Shown here: positions 50,276-63,111 of the stretch, piece by piece
Layout: every line of letters starts with the position of its first letter
How positions within the stretch are numbered: the stretch's first letter is position 1
Source: Macrostomum lignano
Lineage: Eukaryota
NCBI GenBank assembly: GCA_002269645.1
Contig: NIVC01000033.1
Coordinates: 485,335-549,334 of the forward strand
Length of the DNA: 64,000 bases
Direction: 5' to 3'
Program-made: the position numbers and the translations under genes
The notes under the pieces: generated by a model
Database searches by the model: none
What the model saw: the letters and a program-made list of their open reading frames with translations, nothing else
What the model was told of the DNA's origin: nothing

Positions 50276-51333
50276 TATTTTTAAATATGGTTTTTGAGAG
50301 TTTTTTAATTAACAAGTTATGCCATAATTTATGTTCCTTCGAACCTGCATGACTTTTCAAGAAACTGTTTTCTAAACTATTTTCTATCTGTTTATCACAT
50401 TTAATTATTTTCTAACCGAGAGAGTTGTAATTGCTGTGATGAAAGACATTTAACATTATGCAATGTATTTCTTCCAAAAATACTTTGAAAGAAGTGCGCA
50501 GCTTTAATTAAACGGCGATTATCGAACCGCTGGCACGGGATCCAATGCAGTGCTTAAACTCCTTAAAGCTTTGCAAACAAACTTTTTGATTGACATCATG
50601 TTTTCCAACATCTAATATTTAACGAGTCAAGCTGAAATGCTTTGCATCTTTCAACAAGATTAAACTGGTTACAGTATACTTAAGATAGATTCTTTATGAA
50701 CGTACTGTAGCGACCACTTCGGGTAAAGCCTGTTTGCGAGCATTCTGCTAACAAATGCGTACACCTAGACTCGTTGGTCATGAGCTGGTTGGGGCACGTG
50801 TTCACCTTCTACCTGCATAATTGTCATCCAACCCTCCCTAAGAGTAAACTGCTCTGCGACGTTGGTTTGCACAGTTCCATGCGATGGGGTGAGGCAGCTG
50901 GAGATGAAGGTTGTTTTAACTCTGCGTGCAGGCAAGCAGCCGCGCCCAAAATGAGCTACGAATCAGCCATGCAGAAAGCAGCAGATGCTGGCAGAGCAAA
51001 GCGGGGCGGAAGAACAATGGCACCTCACTGAGGCCGAAATCCAAGATTTGAGAGAGTGAGGTTGGGGCGGGGGTTGAGGCTCGAGCTGACAGGCCGGAAA
51101 ACAAACGAGTTGCGCGTAGAGAGGGAGAGGCATGAGACAAGCATGTCCACAATGTGCAAAGGGTGAGCTAAGTAAATGCATCATAAAGCTTGTGGCGCTC
51201 TCATACATAAAAAGGTCTGCAAAACCCTTTTTTGGCGTTGTGCTCTCACATAAATTGATACAGCTTTGGCCTGTGCAAGTTCACAAATCTCATATATCAA
51301 AATTTTGTTCGATAGCAAGACAAACGCGGCACG

Positions 51334-54073
51334 ATGACGCTCAGCAGCTCGCCGACCCGGCCCGTCGGACTCTTGCTGCTCGCATTCGCCGTGATGGCAG
51401 TTTTTGCCCTGTGCGCCGACGCCTATCGGTTTCGTGACGATGAGTCCAGCGAGCTCAGCCACCTGTTGATGAAACTCAGGCGGGACCAGCACAGGAAGCA
51501 CTGTAAGATATTTTATTAGAAAATATTAGAAAATTTATCTAAATTACAGATCCAAATTAAACTATTAGCGCATTTATCGATCGAAATCTGCACTATTTTC
51601 AGGCTGGAAGTACAGCCTTGACGGCCTGACCGAATCTCAGCTGACAAAATGCGCCCATCGGTTCATCCACTTTGCCAACCAGCAGCTCAGAAAGTGGAAG
51701 CACCGGTCTTCTCTGGCTTCCTTTCACTACAACGTCAACATCAACAAGAGGAACAAGGAGTTGGTGAGGTTCAGTTAAAAGGAGGGCAGGGTTTTAAGAC
51801 TGCGCTCTTTAGGAAAAGTGTTTTAGCTGATATAGCAACAGTATCACAGTCCCATCTACAACCATCTACCACCATACTGTCCCATCATCTACTTTCAGTT
51901 GACTAGAGTGGACACAAAATACCGCAGGTTCAGCAGCAAGCTAACGCTTTTTGCACTGAAGTTCAAAGGCAAACGCATGAGCGGTTTGTCAGCTTCTGAT
52001 GCAAGGATGCTCCGGGATCTGCAGTGGAACATGGTGTTCGGAAGAAGAAAGGATTCCAGGTGAGACAAATAACATTAGTTGGAACAGCTCTCAGATTGCC
52101 ACAACTAACCTACTCACATCCACCACCTACCTGTCTTAGCCGGATGTCAAACCTGGATTCACAGCTGAGCCAAAGCTACGACACGGCCGTCGGCTGCTAC
52201 GCGCCAGGAAAGTGCCTGGACAGCGGTGAGGACAACGTGAAAAACTTCTTTCGCACCAAAAATGACTACGACCAGCTGCGGTATCTGTGGAAGTCTTGGC
52301 GCAATGCGACTGGCGCAAAGTTCCGAAACGCGTTCGTGGAGAGAGCTCAGCTGCTCAACGAATCCGTTCGACCTGCGGGTGAGCTTTCGGCAGTTGTTGC
52401 TTACATTTTGAATAGCTACTATCTCGATTCACCTTTGGACGACCAAAACCTTTATTGAATTTCATTCATCTTTCAGGCTTTAAAAACTACGCATTCTTTG
52501 AATATTTCACCGATTTCGAGGACCCAAAGTTCCCGGAAACAGTCGTGTCGCTCTACAACCAGTTCAAACCCCTCTACGAGCAGCTGCACGCCTACCTAAG
52601 ACACCGACTGCACCAGAAGTATCCTGGAAAATTTGCTGCTAACGGGCTTCTACCTGGTCATCTTGGTGACGATCCTTGGGGATCCCAATACACAAAGTGG
52701 CACAATGAGTTCGTTCCGTTCCCAGCAGCCGAGTCCATCGATTTCGACGGCATTCTCAAGGACAGGGAGAGGCGTGGTCTCCTGACTGTGCCACAGCTTC
52801 CTCACGTCGCCGACGAGTTCTACAGAAGTCTGGGACTGCCAAAGATGACAGAAACATTTTGGCGTAAGAGCGTCTTTCTTAAGCCGAAGGACCACAAGAT
52901 GAACTGTCACGGAACCGCTTTCGACATGCACAGCGCGTCCAGAGACGACTTCCGCATCAAGATGTGCACCCGGATGGACATGAGCAGCTTCAGCACGGTG
53001 CATCACGAGATGGGACACATAATGTACTTCATGCTGTACTCTCGCCAGCCGGTCCTGTTCCAAGGTAGCGCGAATAGTGGCTTTCACGAGGCTATTGGAG
53101 ACACAATCACACTATCTGTGAAGACGGCAGAGCATTTTCAGGCTATTAAGTTTGCCAAACATTTAAATGATACGCATGGTACGTAAATACGGCAATTCAA
53201 ATATTCCGCGTTCCTTTTTAGAGGAAGAGTTCGTACTGAGTAACATTAACACTTTCCAGAGTCTCAAGTGAACACACAACTAACGCAAGCTCTCGAAAAC
53301 GTAATGTTCCTTCCGTTTGCAATGACGGTTGACCTTTGGAAGTGGCGATACATTAGCGGTGAGGTGCCGAAGGAGCAACTCAACCAGGACTGGTGGCGGC
53401 TGAGGGGCCTCTACGCCGGTGTTGGTCCTTCAGTCTCAAGATCTGAGGCGGACACCGACGCTCTGTCCAAGTACCATGCCGCGAAGAACATCGGTTACGT
53501 TAGGTGGGTCCCTGAACAGTGAATACATAATAGTGCTTTTGCCCAGAAAAGAAACGCATCACTACTTTTCCGTATTTTTTTAAGTAAAATAAACGACTGC
53601 TTGTCTTGCTTAATCGCATTTCAGGTACTTCATTAGCTTTCTGCTGAAGTTCCAATTCTATAAGGCCATGTGCGAAGAAGCCGGTCACAAAGGACCATTG
53701 TCCACCTGCGACTTCTACAAATCAACCGCTGCCGGAGACAAACTGCGGTAAGAGCTGTGTTAAAGCCATAAGTAATGGAAGCAGAAAGAATCTTATTTTA
53801 TTCAGAGCTTTATCGAAATATTTGATGCAAGTTCGCTCGTGTCCAAAGCAAAAATCGATCAATTTTACTAACAGGCGCATGCTGCAACTCGGCCGATCCA
53901 AGCCGTGGCCGGACGCTCTCCAACAGCTGACCGGCCGGAGGGACATCTCAGCCGATGCACTGATGGAGTACTTCCAGCCGCTGCACAACTGGCTGAAGGA
54001 CTACAACGCTAAGAATGGCGTGCCAGTGGGCTGGACCGTGCCTGCGAACCCAATGCAATCGGCTTCGACCTGA
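51334..54073 (+). CDS. ACE: ACE-like peptidase M2, single domain, secreted, copy 2 (8 coding exons modelled)
   Basis: Clear signal peptide ([20 protein letters not shown]), [19 protein letters not shown] and KYH..GYVRYF. Same intron positions as copy 1, all in frame. Confidence 0.92.
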
Positions 54074-55756
54074 AAGGACATCTGAAGGACTGACTGATCG
54101 ATGAAGATGCTTCAGTTATCAACATTGAAGAACTTGACAAGCAACCAAAGCAACAAATGTGACAGTTAATTGCTTTGCTGCATTCAGATTAAGAATGGAA
54201 TATTTAATCAAGTCTCTTGGATGTAAAATAGAAGTCAAATAAAGCTACCGAAACACTCGTAGCTGCACAAACACCAGGTTTTGGGCTTTAAACGCGCTTG
54301 TATCGTCAGTCAAGCTTCTTGTAGTTAGCTCGTGCATGCCCTCAAGTCATCATCAGAATTGCATTCTCTCAAAAATCGGATTTTTCTAGTGCGGATGCGT
54401 TCTCTAGAGCATACAGAACCCACTATATTTATGCATTCCTTATCGGCCTCGAGCCCATTTCTTAGAAAATCGAGCGTAGCATCCTTCTGCTAGAGTTGCC
54501 CATGATTTTGTATTGGGCGTCTACTTCATGAAAATACATGTATACTAATTTTATTCTCGTTGGAATAAATGTACATGCCGTGGACAGCTAAAGTAGAGGG
54601 ACGAAAAGTAAAGTCGAGATGGATTTTGCCAACATAATAACTCCGAAAAAACTCTGCAAAATAACGTTGATAAGTAAATTCCTCGAAAACAAACTTCCCA
54701 AAGCAAACGTCGTACTTCAAACTATCTCAAATGATTAAACCTTAATTTTATTAACCTTGCAATCTATGCGAAGAATGAATGCCTTTTTCAGCTTAGTTAG
54801 TCTTAAATAGTTAAGGTGTTGTGCTATCGTGCCCTATTTTTCCCGAGACCCGCCCCAAACCTCCCAGTGTGCCTGACCCCTCCAGTTTTCTGTAACGTAT
54901 ACGTACATCAATTACGCCACCTCGCACCTGGCTCTGAGTTGCAGCTTCCCAATAGGTCAAGCTGTAGGCAAGCTCTCCCGTGGGGAGGGGGTCGCACGAC
55001 ACCGATGAAACTTTACGGAGGGAATCTAAAAATTGAAGGATTTGTCAAATGGCCGAAATGGTATCCATCTTGCAAAGTCACATGATAAAAGATACAGGAA
55101 TCGGCTGGGCTTATATTTAATACATTAGCGATCCTAGCTCCAGGACCCTCAACTACCAGATTGCATTCCACTGTAATAATATTCCAATGCACAGCTGCTG
55201 CTGTCAGAATATTAATTAAATACAATGAATTTGCCAATGAAACCATCGAAGGCAGCTGTGAGCATGCGCAGGAGTACATTATGAGCTCTTTTAGTCTGTA
55301 CAAATTCAGTGCCAATTCAATAAATACTGATGTGAATATGTTTATTGACTCGCACTGGCAATATTTGCTTTCAATTATGCTAACACCGGAACTGGCTGAC
55401 ACACTCCTGTATAAAAAAGGATCTGTACTGGAACTTGCTCAGGCTGATCAGGCGCTGCTACGCTCATATTACATCTATTCAATTATTAAAGTATTGTACA
55501 AATTACCTGACCTGCCTCTCCCCTTCGCTGGATACTCGTACTTTACCCCGTTTTATCGATCGCCCCAAACCCCTTCTTGACCCACCAATGCTAGCCAACC
55601 TATTCCTTCCTGCCCTCCATTCCCATATCTCTGAACATTTCAATGGTGCACCCAGGCGGGCATTTTTGCCCCTCTTACTCTAATGACCCGCTGCTGTCAA
55701 CTGGCTAAATACACGACAGGATCTATCGGGCTACCCCTTGCAAAAATAAGATAGCC

Positions 55757-57614
55757 TTGTTAAAAAACGCTGAAAAAGTATTGGCGCGCTCATATTCAAA
55801 AACTTTTTTCCCCAACAACACTTGCACCTGCTGTTTCCCTTCAGCAAAGCCAAGCAAGCGCACATCTGTCATGCTACAGCTGAAACTGCGAGCCGCCTGC
55901 GAGGCCACCTCAGCGCACGGCTTGTCCCGACTCGTCAGCGCCAAGCCGCTCTTCATCCGCGTGGCCTGGCTCCTGCTCTTCCTCTTCTTCCTGTGCCTCT
56001 TCCTCCGCGGTTTGGTCGGCTTCGCAGTCAAGCTGCAGAGTCGGCAGGTGACCTCATCTCTGGAGGCCGAAAGCGTGCGCTTCCAGTTCCCGGACGTGTA
56101 TGCGTGCTTTGAGAACCCCGTGTCCGGCACCTACTCTGCGAGCATGAGCGACAGCGTCATCCAGCAGCTGAACGACAGCCTAACAGAGATATCAGCCGCA
56201 ATCGAGCGAAGTGTACGCAATTCATTGAAGAATACGCCAGGCTCAACTGAAGCAGATATTGCGCAACAGGTGGTACAACTGAAACTCACTGCAAGCTACG
56301 TTTACCCATTATCGATTCCCTACACTCTGCTAGTGAGTGCTCTGACTCACAGAGCGGAGCAAGCCGTTCTCAGCAGTGTTCTCAAGGCGAACAATAACGG
56401 CTTTGCTGAAGAATTTCCAGTGCCATTCACTCAGTTCTATCACCAGACGCATTTGAGATGCTTCCGATGGTCAGCTGACAACAACTCTGAGCTCCGAAGC
56501 ATTCAAAGCCGAAACAGCCTTGAGATCGCGATGTTTCTGGACAACCTGGACGAGGCGTCTGCGCAAAATCTTACCGGGAAATCTGTTGAATCGCCCGTCT
56601 ATGCAGAATACAGAAAGCGCAACATGGGCACACCTGTCTACATCAGAGTGCCCGTGACTGATTAGCCGCTGGCACTGCGCGACAGCCTCAGACCAGACAG
56701 GCGCTCAGTAGTTCGGCTCTTCCTCATGCCGCCAGGGGAATAGTACTACCAGGTGGGTCATTGCTGCGACACATCGCTGAATTGCTAAATCAATATAGAA
56801 TTTGAATGAACCCGTATGATTACTTGCAGATCAGTTCGACTGCGTCAGCACTAACGAGCTCATTCAGTTTCTGAACCCCTACGACTTTGAACCTTACAAC
56901 CATAGTTATTCCTATTCCTACTGCTACTTTGACAAATTCAACGAAAATTCGCTTGCTATTTACAACTTTACAACGCCCGGCATTCCGAAAACTTGGAGGC
57001 TACGGCACTCGCAGACGACTCTGAACATGTCCGGTCCGAGTAACATCTTGGATCATCTGTCAGCTGAACTATCTAAAATCGAATCGACTCCGAAAAATTT
57101 TGATGAAGCGACCGCATCGGCCTGCAAGAGCCGCGCGCCCTGCTCGAGCCTCATCTATGACGCCCAGATCTCCAGCGCGAGCTGGCCCACCTCCGCTTCG
57201 CTCCGCGCGTTCATTGGAACTACGGTGGCCGACGCCAGGGACACGGCGGTTCTCAAGGGAATCTCGGTTCCGGGTCTTGAGTTTCTGGTCAACGCCAGCT
57301 CTGAAAGCTCCTCCATGTCTCCGACCGCCATCGCCTTCGCTAATGCGAATCTGTTGAAGCTTGAGATCAGACCGCAGCGCATGGACTGCGACAAGCTCAA
57401 GTTCTCCATTGACTACGGCTTCGAGAACTTCGTGGCCGACATCGGAGGCATCATGGGCATCTATCTGGGGATGTCTCTGCTCACGATTTGCGAGCTGTTC
57501 GACCTTATCGCGGAGCTTGCGTACACGAGGCACACGAGTAAATCTGCATCTCTGGAGGAACCCTCCGCAGTTGAAGGGGAGCCTAAACCTAGTTCTTCAA
57601 CGACACAAATGTGA
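55757..57614 (+). pseudogene. DEG/ENaC channel gene with two in-frame TAG codons (56663-65, 56741-43); exon 1 to 56752, exon 2 56835-57614
   Basis: ACEATSAHG, TM1, FQFPDVYAC, VRLFLMPPG, YSYSYC, PCSSLIYDAQISSASWP and TM2 FVADIGGIMGIYLGMS. The frame is continuous across both TAGs and the phase-0 intron. The true start may be the ATG near 55871. Confidence 0.75.
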
Positions 57615-58653
57615 TTTTTTATGTGTGAGCCCTTTTTAATGACTGCTCCTTTTCATATTTCATAGTTGCTTAAATAATTATTCCTTTTATAGAAGTTGCT
57701 TGCTCACAAAAACTTTCTGTACTTTAAGAAGAGATGAATGTCTGTGCAAAATTAAAAATTTACTGAAAAAGTTTTTTTGAGCCACACCTGAGCTGTTTGT
57801 ATCGAATTGTTCCTACTTTCTGGTTACAACACCTTTGTACCCTGGTGCTTCTGCTAGAATAGGATGAACGTTCTCTATATCTCTCGGCCCCGCCATTGCA
57901 CTCTTACCCTCCGGCCTACGCGCCTGGGCCAATTCCGGCCCCCTCTGCACCTTTCTTTCTGCTCGGCACTGTGCGTAATAAATATAGCACTGTTAGTTAT
58001 AACTGTCGCCATACTATCACGCAACGTCGCAGGAAAAAACTTTTTTTCTGATAGCTTTTTTTCACCGATCTTCTCTAGCCAACCTGACCGAATCTCTTTC
58101 CAGAGAGGCTTAAGCATCACAGTGTGCCATCCAGTTCTGGTGGCTTCTGATTGACTTCAGGGGCAGACAGTCGGATAAATTGCCTATTTCGCCATGCTGG
58201 CGCAGCTCTTTACTCCAGGCTGCTTGGAATCCAAATGTCTGGGCATCGTAAAGATAGGATTTTTGCCACGGCTTTGAAGCGAAGCCCAGGAGGGGTACCG
58301 TCTTGATTAATGACTATTTTCCGCAGTCATTAGACCTGAGAGCGAAGAGCCACTCAGACAGAAGCTAGTGAGACGGGGTCTGCATCTGTACGTGGCTATT
58401 CAATGCAGGAAAATTTTATCCGGCACAGGACAGACGACCGGGCGCCGCTTCTTGGTTGCTTTAGCTATGTACGAGCGTAGTTTATATGCGTAAAAGAATA
58501 ATTAAAACACTATTCAATACTTAAAACAGATGATAATGCCATAGCAGGTTTTTTACACTGAAAGAGCATTTTGATTTTGCTTAGCATCTGCGAATGTTCT
58601 CATTGATTTGCAATATGCGATCGTATATTCTTATATTCGTATATTAGTAAATA

Positions 58654-59910
58654 ATTGACTTCAGTAAGGCTTTCGACTCGGTCCTGAGGGCCGTGCTCCC
58701 TATAGTGCTTCGTGCGTAAAACGTGCCAGAGCAGCTCATTTCCGCCGTCATGGCGCTGTATCATGGCACGAACGCTGCTGTGCTAACACCGGACGGCCTG
58801 TCGAATTTCTTTGAGACATCCTCTGGGGTGCTTCAGGGAGATACGCTTGCGCCGTTCCTGTTCGTCCTGGTGCTTGACTGGGTGCTACGGACTGCTCTCC
58901 CTTCTAACGGCGACGGCTTCCTGCTGCAGCGACGCTTGGGTGACGCTTACGTGACAGATCAGTGTAGCCTCGTTTTGTGTGAACTCTTCTATTTCTTATC
59001 TTTGAATCTTGAAGTAAAACATTGCTAAAGCTAAACTGATTGCTCCACTGCGCTAGTTTTTTTCGGATCCGGACGTACTATCGACCTGTTCGAAAGAGAT
59101 GTCCTCTGGGTGATACTCTAGCACCGTTCCTGCTTGTTCTGGTGCTTGACAGGGTGCTGCGGACTGCTCTTCTTACCAACGACCGCTTTCTGCTGCGGCA
59201 TTGACACTATTTATTTGCAGTCAAAATGGTGCGTTGAGGCCAGCTGGAGAGGCGGCTCAGCGTGCTTGGCTACACCGACGATCTCTCCCTGCTGTCTTCA
59301 ACCTTCAAGCGACAGCTGAACAAGCTGGTTCCTGTTGTGTCAGCCTGGTGGTCAGCACGCAGAAGACCATCGTGCTCTGGATGATATCGAGGTTGCAATT
59401 TTGCGCCAAGGCGCAGACGGAACTTCCGCGATATCATTCTTTTTTTTATTAGAGGCAGGGGGTTGTGTGCACCCTGGCACACTTTAGGCGACATAGGCAC
59501 ACAACCGGCGAGAGGCATTACTGCCCATTCCGCCGACTCCCCTGAGCAGGCATACAAGCGCGCGGATACGCGCGCAGGAGTGTACAGCGGCCCTAACTTA
59601 TTTTATCGTTAGGCATGTACACTTCACTGCGCCTTGGGGGTTGGCTCTCAAGGCCGTTAATTGCACGAGCAGAGCCAAGCCGAGATTCCAATTCAGCCCC
59701 AAATTAATGTGACTGCACTTGGAATCGAGCCTGGGTCGCTGGAACAACAGAGCCTGCGCTAGACCGCTGGGCTACGGCCCCCCTTCCGCGATATCAGCAG
59801 TTCATCTGCCTCGGCGGTCTGACTCCCGGCGTCCGCGAGGATCTGCGGCGTCGCAGTGTTCCAGGCGGTGGTCGAAACCGTCCTGCTGTACGAGGCTGAG
59901 GTCATCAGCA
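58654..59910 (+). mobile_element. Fragmented RTE-clade non-LTR retrotransposon RT remnant (partly duplicated, interrupted by a SINE)
   Basis: IDFSKAFDSV, SGVLQGDTLAPFLFVLVLDWVLR (a degenerate second copy at about 59100), LGYTDDL and FQAVVETVLLYEAE. Confidence 0.85.
59437..59782 (-). mobile_element. tRNA-derived SINE, copy 2, full length with an A-rich tail and a 14-bp TSD
   Basis: Minus strand reads GGGGGCCGTAGCCCAGCGG (A-box) ... GGCTCGATTCC (B-box) ... CTCTAATAAAAAAAAG. TSD CTTCCGCGATATCA at 59423-36 and 59783-96. Confidence 0.92.
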
Positions 59911-60346
59911 AAATCTAAAATTGCTGCACTCTTGGTGCTCTACATGCAAAGCTGAGGATTTTGGGCTCATAACTTTCTCTCTCCAGTCGCATTTGGCTGG
60001 CCTCTGGTCATCCTGTAATGAAACACAACCAGCCACCCAGCGACTGACCACGTCAAGTTGGTCGATTTTCAGCGGTAAAAATATGAACACTTAAAAAAGG
60101 CCCTGAATAGATTTCCCTTTAGTAACCATTTCCTAAATGTGATTACTAGTATCGGTAGCTCTGTTCGGCAGTAGTATAGTGTGTACTTTTGTATCCTATT
60201 GCACGTTCTGTCTCGATCGCTGACAAAGTCAAGCTCTTTCTCTCTCACTGGCACGTTGTCATTGTGTTAATGAGAAATAAAATATATAGCTAGTATAGTT
60301 TAGCTTGGTTTACGCTATTAGAGTTGTTTTCCGTCCGCCAAATAGT

Positions 60347-60638
60347 CAGTGGCGGCCCAGGCGGAGGGCAGAGGGGGCTACTGCCCCCGGGTGACTACCC
60401 TCCTACCCCCCCCCCTGGGGCCGTGACCACCCTCCCATCCCTCCGTGGGGTGACCCACCATAATTTTCCGAATGAGCTCATTATTTTTTTAGTTTTGTTA
60501 GTTTAGTTTAGTTTAGTTATTTTAGCTGAGTACGTGCATTTTTGTGAGATTTTCTAATTCTAATTTCTAAAAATTCGCTGGGAAGGGGGTGACCACCCCA
60601 CCAATGCCCCCCTAATCGGAATTGCTGCGCCGCCACTG
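60347..60638. mobile_element. 292-bp hAT-type MITE
   Basis: TIR CAGTGGCGGC / GCCGCCACTG. 8-bp TSD CAAATAGT / CAGATAGT with one mismatch. Confidence 0.8.
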
Positions 60639-62601
60639 CAGATAGTTGGCTCTATTAAACTAAACGCATGAGCTTCTCCGAACATATTGTCTGCAGCACA
60701 GACGCTTCATTGTTCTAAAAAATTCTACACTCGATGGCACCGACATTGCGGTGGCCTTTGATTGACCAAAATACGAGCTACTGCAAGCTCTTTTCGACTT
60801 ATTTTTTTGTGTAAGCACACGCGCATTTGTTTTGCATTCAAATGGCGGCGGTATGGGGGCGACCAGCTGCAATATGTGGCGGCCTCTACACCGAATTACT
60901 CGAGTTCCCCAAGGAAGGCTGCACAAGCGTGCACAAGCACGGGCGCACAGGTGCTGCCCTGGCACATGACAAATGACAGCATCATCTTTATATCTTCTAA
61001 AGGCGTCTTTCTTCTTTGACAAAACACTGACGTCCTGGAGCCGGAGTCTGGACTGCCAGCTCTTCAAATTTGAGCTGCTACCGCGAACTCCGTACTCGCT
61101 GGATGTCGTGCCAACTGATTTCTTTCTTTTCCGCAGCTGAACAGCCATTTGAGGCGGCGAATTGTTCCCAGCAGGGATCATCTGGAGGGCAAGGATCGGC
61201 GCATTGTTTCCCATGGTCTTTCATGATTTTGATGCGATTTTGATGCCATTGACGGGATGCTCAAGCGATGGAAGGTTTATTGCTACAGGTGGAGACTGTT
61301 AAGAAGGCTGCCTTGAAATGTGATAATGCTGAGACAGACCAACAGAAGACAACAATTTGTTTTCATAAATTTGATAGAACTGTATAAGTGTAGGAATTTG
61401 TGGCTCTCTGAATTTGAGTTACGGTTAGTTAGTTTTATTGAAGCTCGTCTATCTGCTGCTTGTAAATTACAAAGACACTGCTAGAGACTCAATAGTGTCT
61501 TAGAAATGGGTGTTCGGGGGGAACAGTTGACAATCCAGACTCCGAGTCCAGGTGTACTTCGCTTGTGCAGCTGTAAAATTTTAGGGCTCTCTCTCTCTGC
61601 ACCAGCTTTACTCTGCCGGGCTCTTGGGTGCAGATGTATTTTAATTGCTGAGAGGTGCGTTTTGTGTGCTGGCACGCCCGTGAGTGTGTGTGTTTGAGTG
61701 AGTGTGCGTGTGAGTGATTGGTATGTGTCTACTCAGAATTCCCCCGCTCTGTAGAGACGAGTTTCTCTTGGCTCTGGAAGCTTTTCATGCTCGGTTAAGT
61801 GCCAGCTTCCAATGGAAGCGATACAAATTCTCTGCTTGCCAAAGCCCTGTCAAGCCTTCAATTCCCTGCTTCACCGCATTGTGCCCGGAGGGTCCAGACA
61901 AAGAATGCAAACGGAGACTGGAGAGCCCCATTGTGCCCGCGCCCAGAGAGCAAAGCATTTGCACGCAGCCGCAGGGCTGGTAGGGGCTGAGGAGGTGGGG
62001 TGGCCTGCCAGGTTTTGGCAGTCTAAAAATGGAATTTCTCAATACAAACTCAGGCGCTGAGTACAACTTCGGCCCTGCCGCTTACCGCGCTGTTCGCCCT
62101 CCCTGTGTTCTGCCTGTCTGTCCGTCTCTGTCTGTCTCTAAGCCAGTGGAGGCAGTCGCTTCCACCTATCGCGCGATTTCCTTCACACTGTTTGCCCTCA
62201 GAGCCGCTCCGCCGGGCCAATCGCCCCCCCCCCCCCCCGGACTCGGATTCTCTGCTGAGCCTCTCTGCTCAGGCGGGCGAAGACAAAAACCAAGCGGCAG
62301 CAGCTCAGAGCTGCTCAGCCTGACCCGCCACCGTCATTCTCCCTAGTAGTCTCTCTCTGCCTGCTTAGCAGCCGCGCGGCACGCCACCACAGGCGCCCAG
62401 TCATCACCAGCTCTCCTACCGAGGCGTCAACCACCGAAGGAGCTGAACGACTCATAAATTTCAGCAGCAGCGGAAAAATCAGCATCTGAACTCCTGCTTA
62501 GAATTCCTGAGTAAAATTATTAAAGGCACGCTACCAAAATTCGCGTACTTTAGCATTCAACACGCCCTACAAGTGTTTATTCACTATTCCGCCTCATTAG
62601 C

Positions 62602-63023
62602 ATGGCTGACCTGCGATTCTCCACTTTCAACGGTAGCTCGGCAGCCGCCAGTCCCGGCTACGCCAACAGAGTGTAAGTTGATTTTCCCTGCAAATTTTCA
62701 ACAGGAAATGAGCCACCCGTTTTGCTATAAATATAACGCTTAGAGTGGCAACTATGACTGTTAGCTATGATCAAATTCCACGACAGCTATCTGACCACGG
62801 AGCGGTCGCCGCACTCCGTTGACATGTCCTACCAAGGCGGCGGCGAGGCTGGCGGCGGCGTGCAGTACTCGCGCGAGTACAGGACGGAGGTGCGCACCAT
62901 CGAGTCTGCGCAGCCGGCTAAAGTCAGTGTCGACTTGTCCTCGCCCTACTCGCTGGCCAATCCGTCTTTCGACGTCGATGTTGGCTACGGCTACTCTGGG
63001 GCGGTGGGGCCGCGAAGTCCTGG
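62602..63023 (+). CDS. First two coding exons (62602-62672, 62787-63023) of an unidentified gene that continues beyond the window; Ser/Gly/Tyr-rich low-complexity N-terminus
   Basis: MADLRFSTFN..., a phase-2 GTAAGT/CGACAG junction in frame with YLTTERSP..., and a GTGAGT donor at 63024. Confidence 0.6.
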
Positions 63024-63111
63024 GTGAGTTTTTGGATCAATGTTTTACCAATGAACGGCTTGTTGTTTCTCCCTGGATTATCAGTTTTCATAGCTCTGCA
63101 GTCCGATGGAC

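Noticed and set aside
54811-55683. Several overlapping ORFs upstream of ENaC copy 2
   Set aside because: No recognisable domain. The C-rich patches suggest decayed retroelement sequence, but I could not support a call.
60660-61214. 184-aa Cys/Lys-rich minus-strand ORF
   Set aside because: No motif or splice context recognised. It may be a TE remnant, and evidence is insufficient to list it as a gene.
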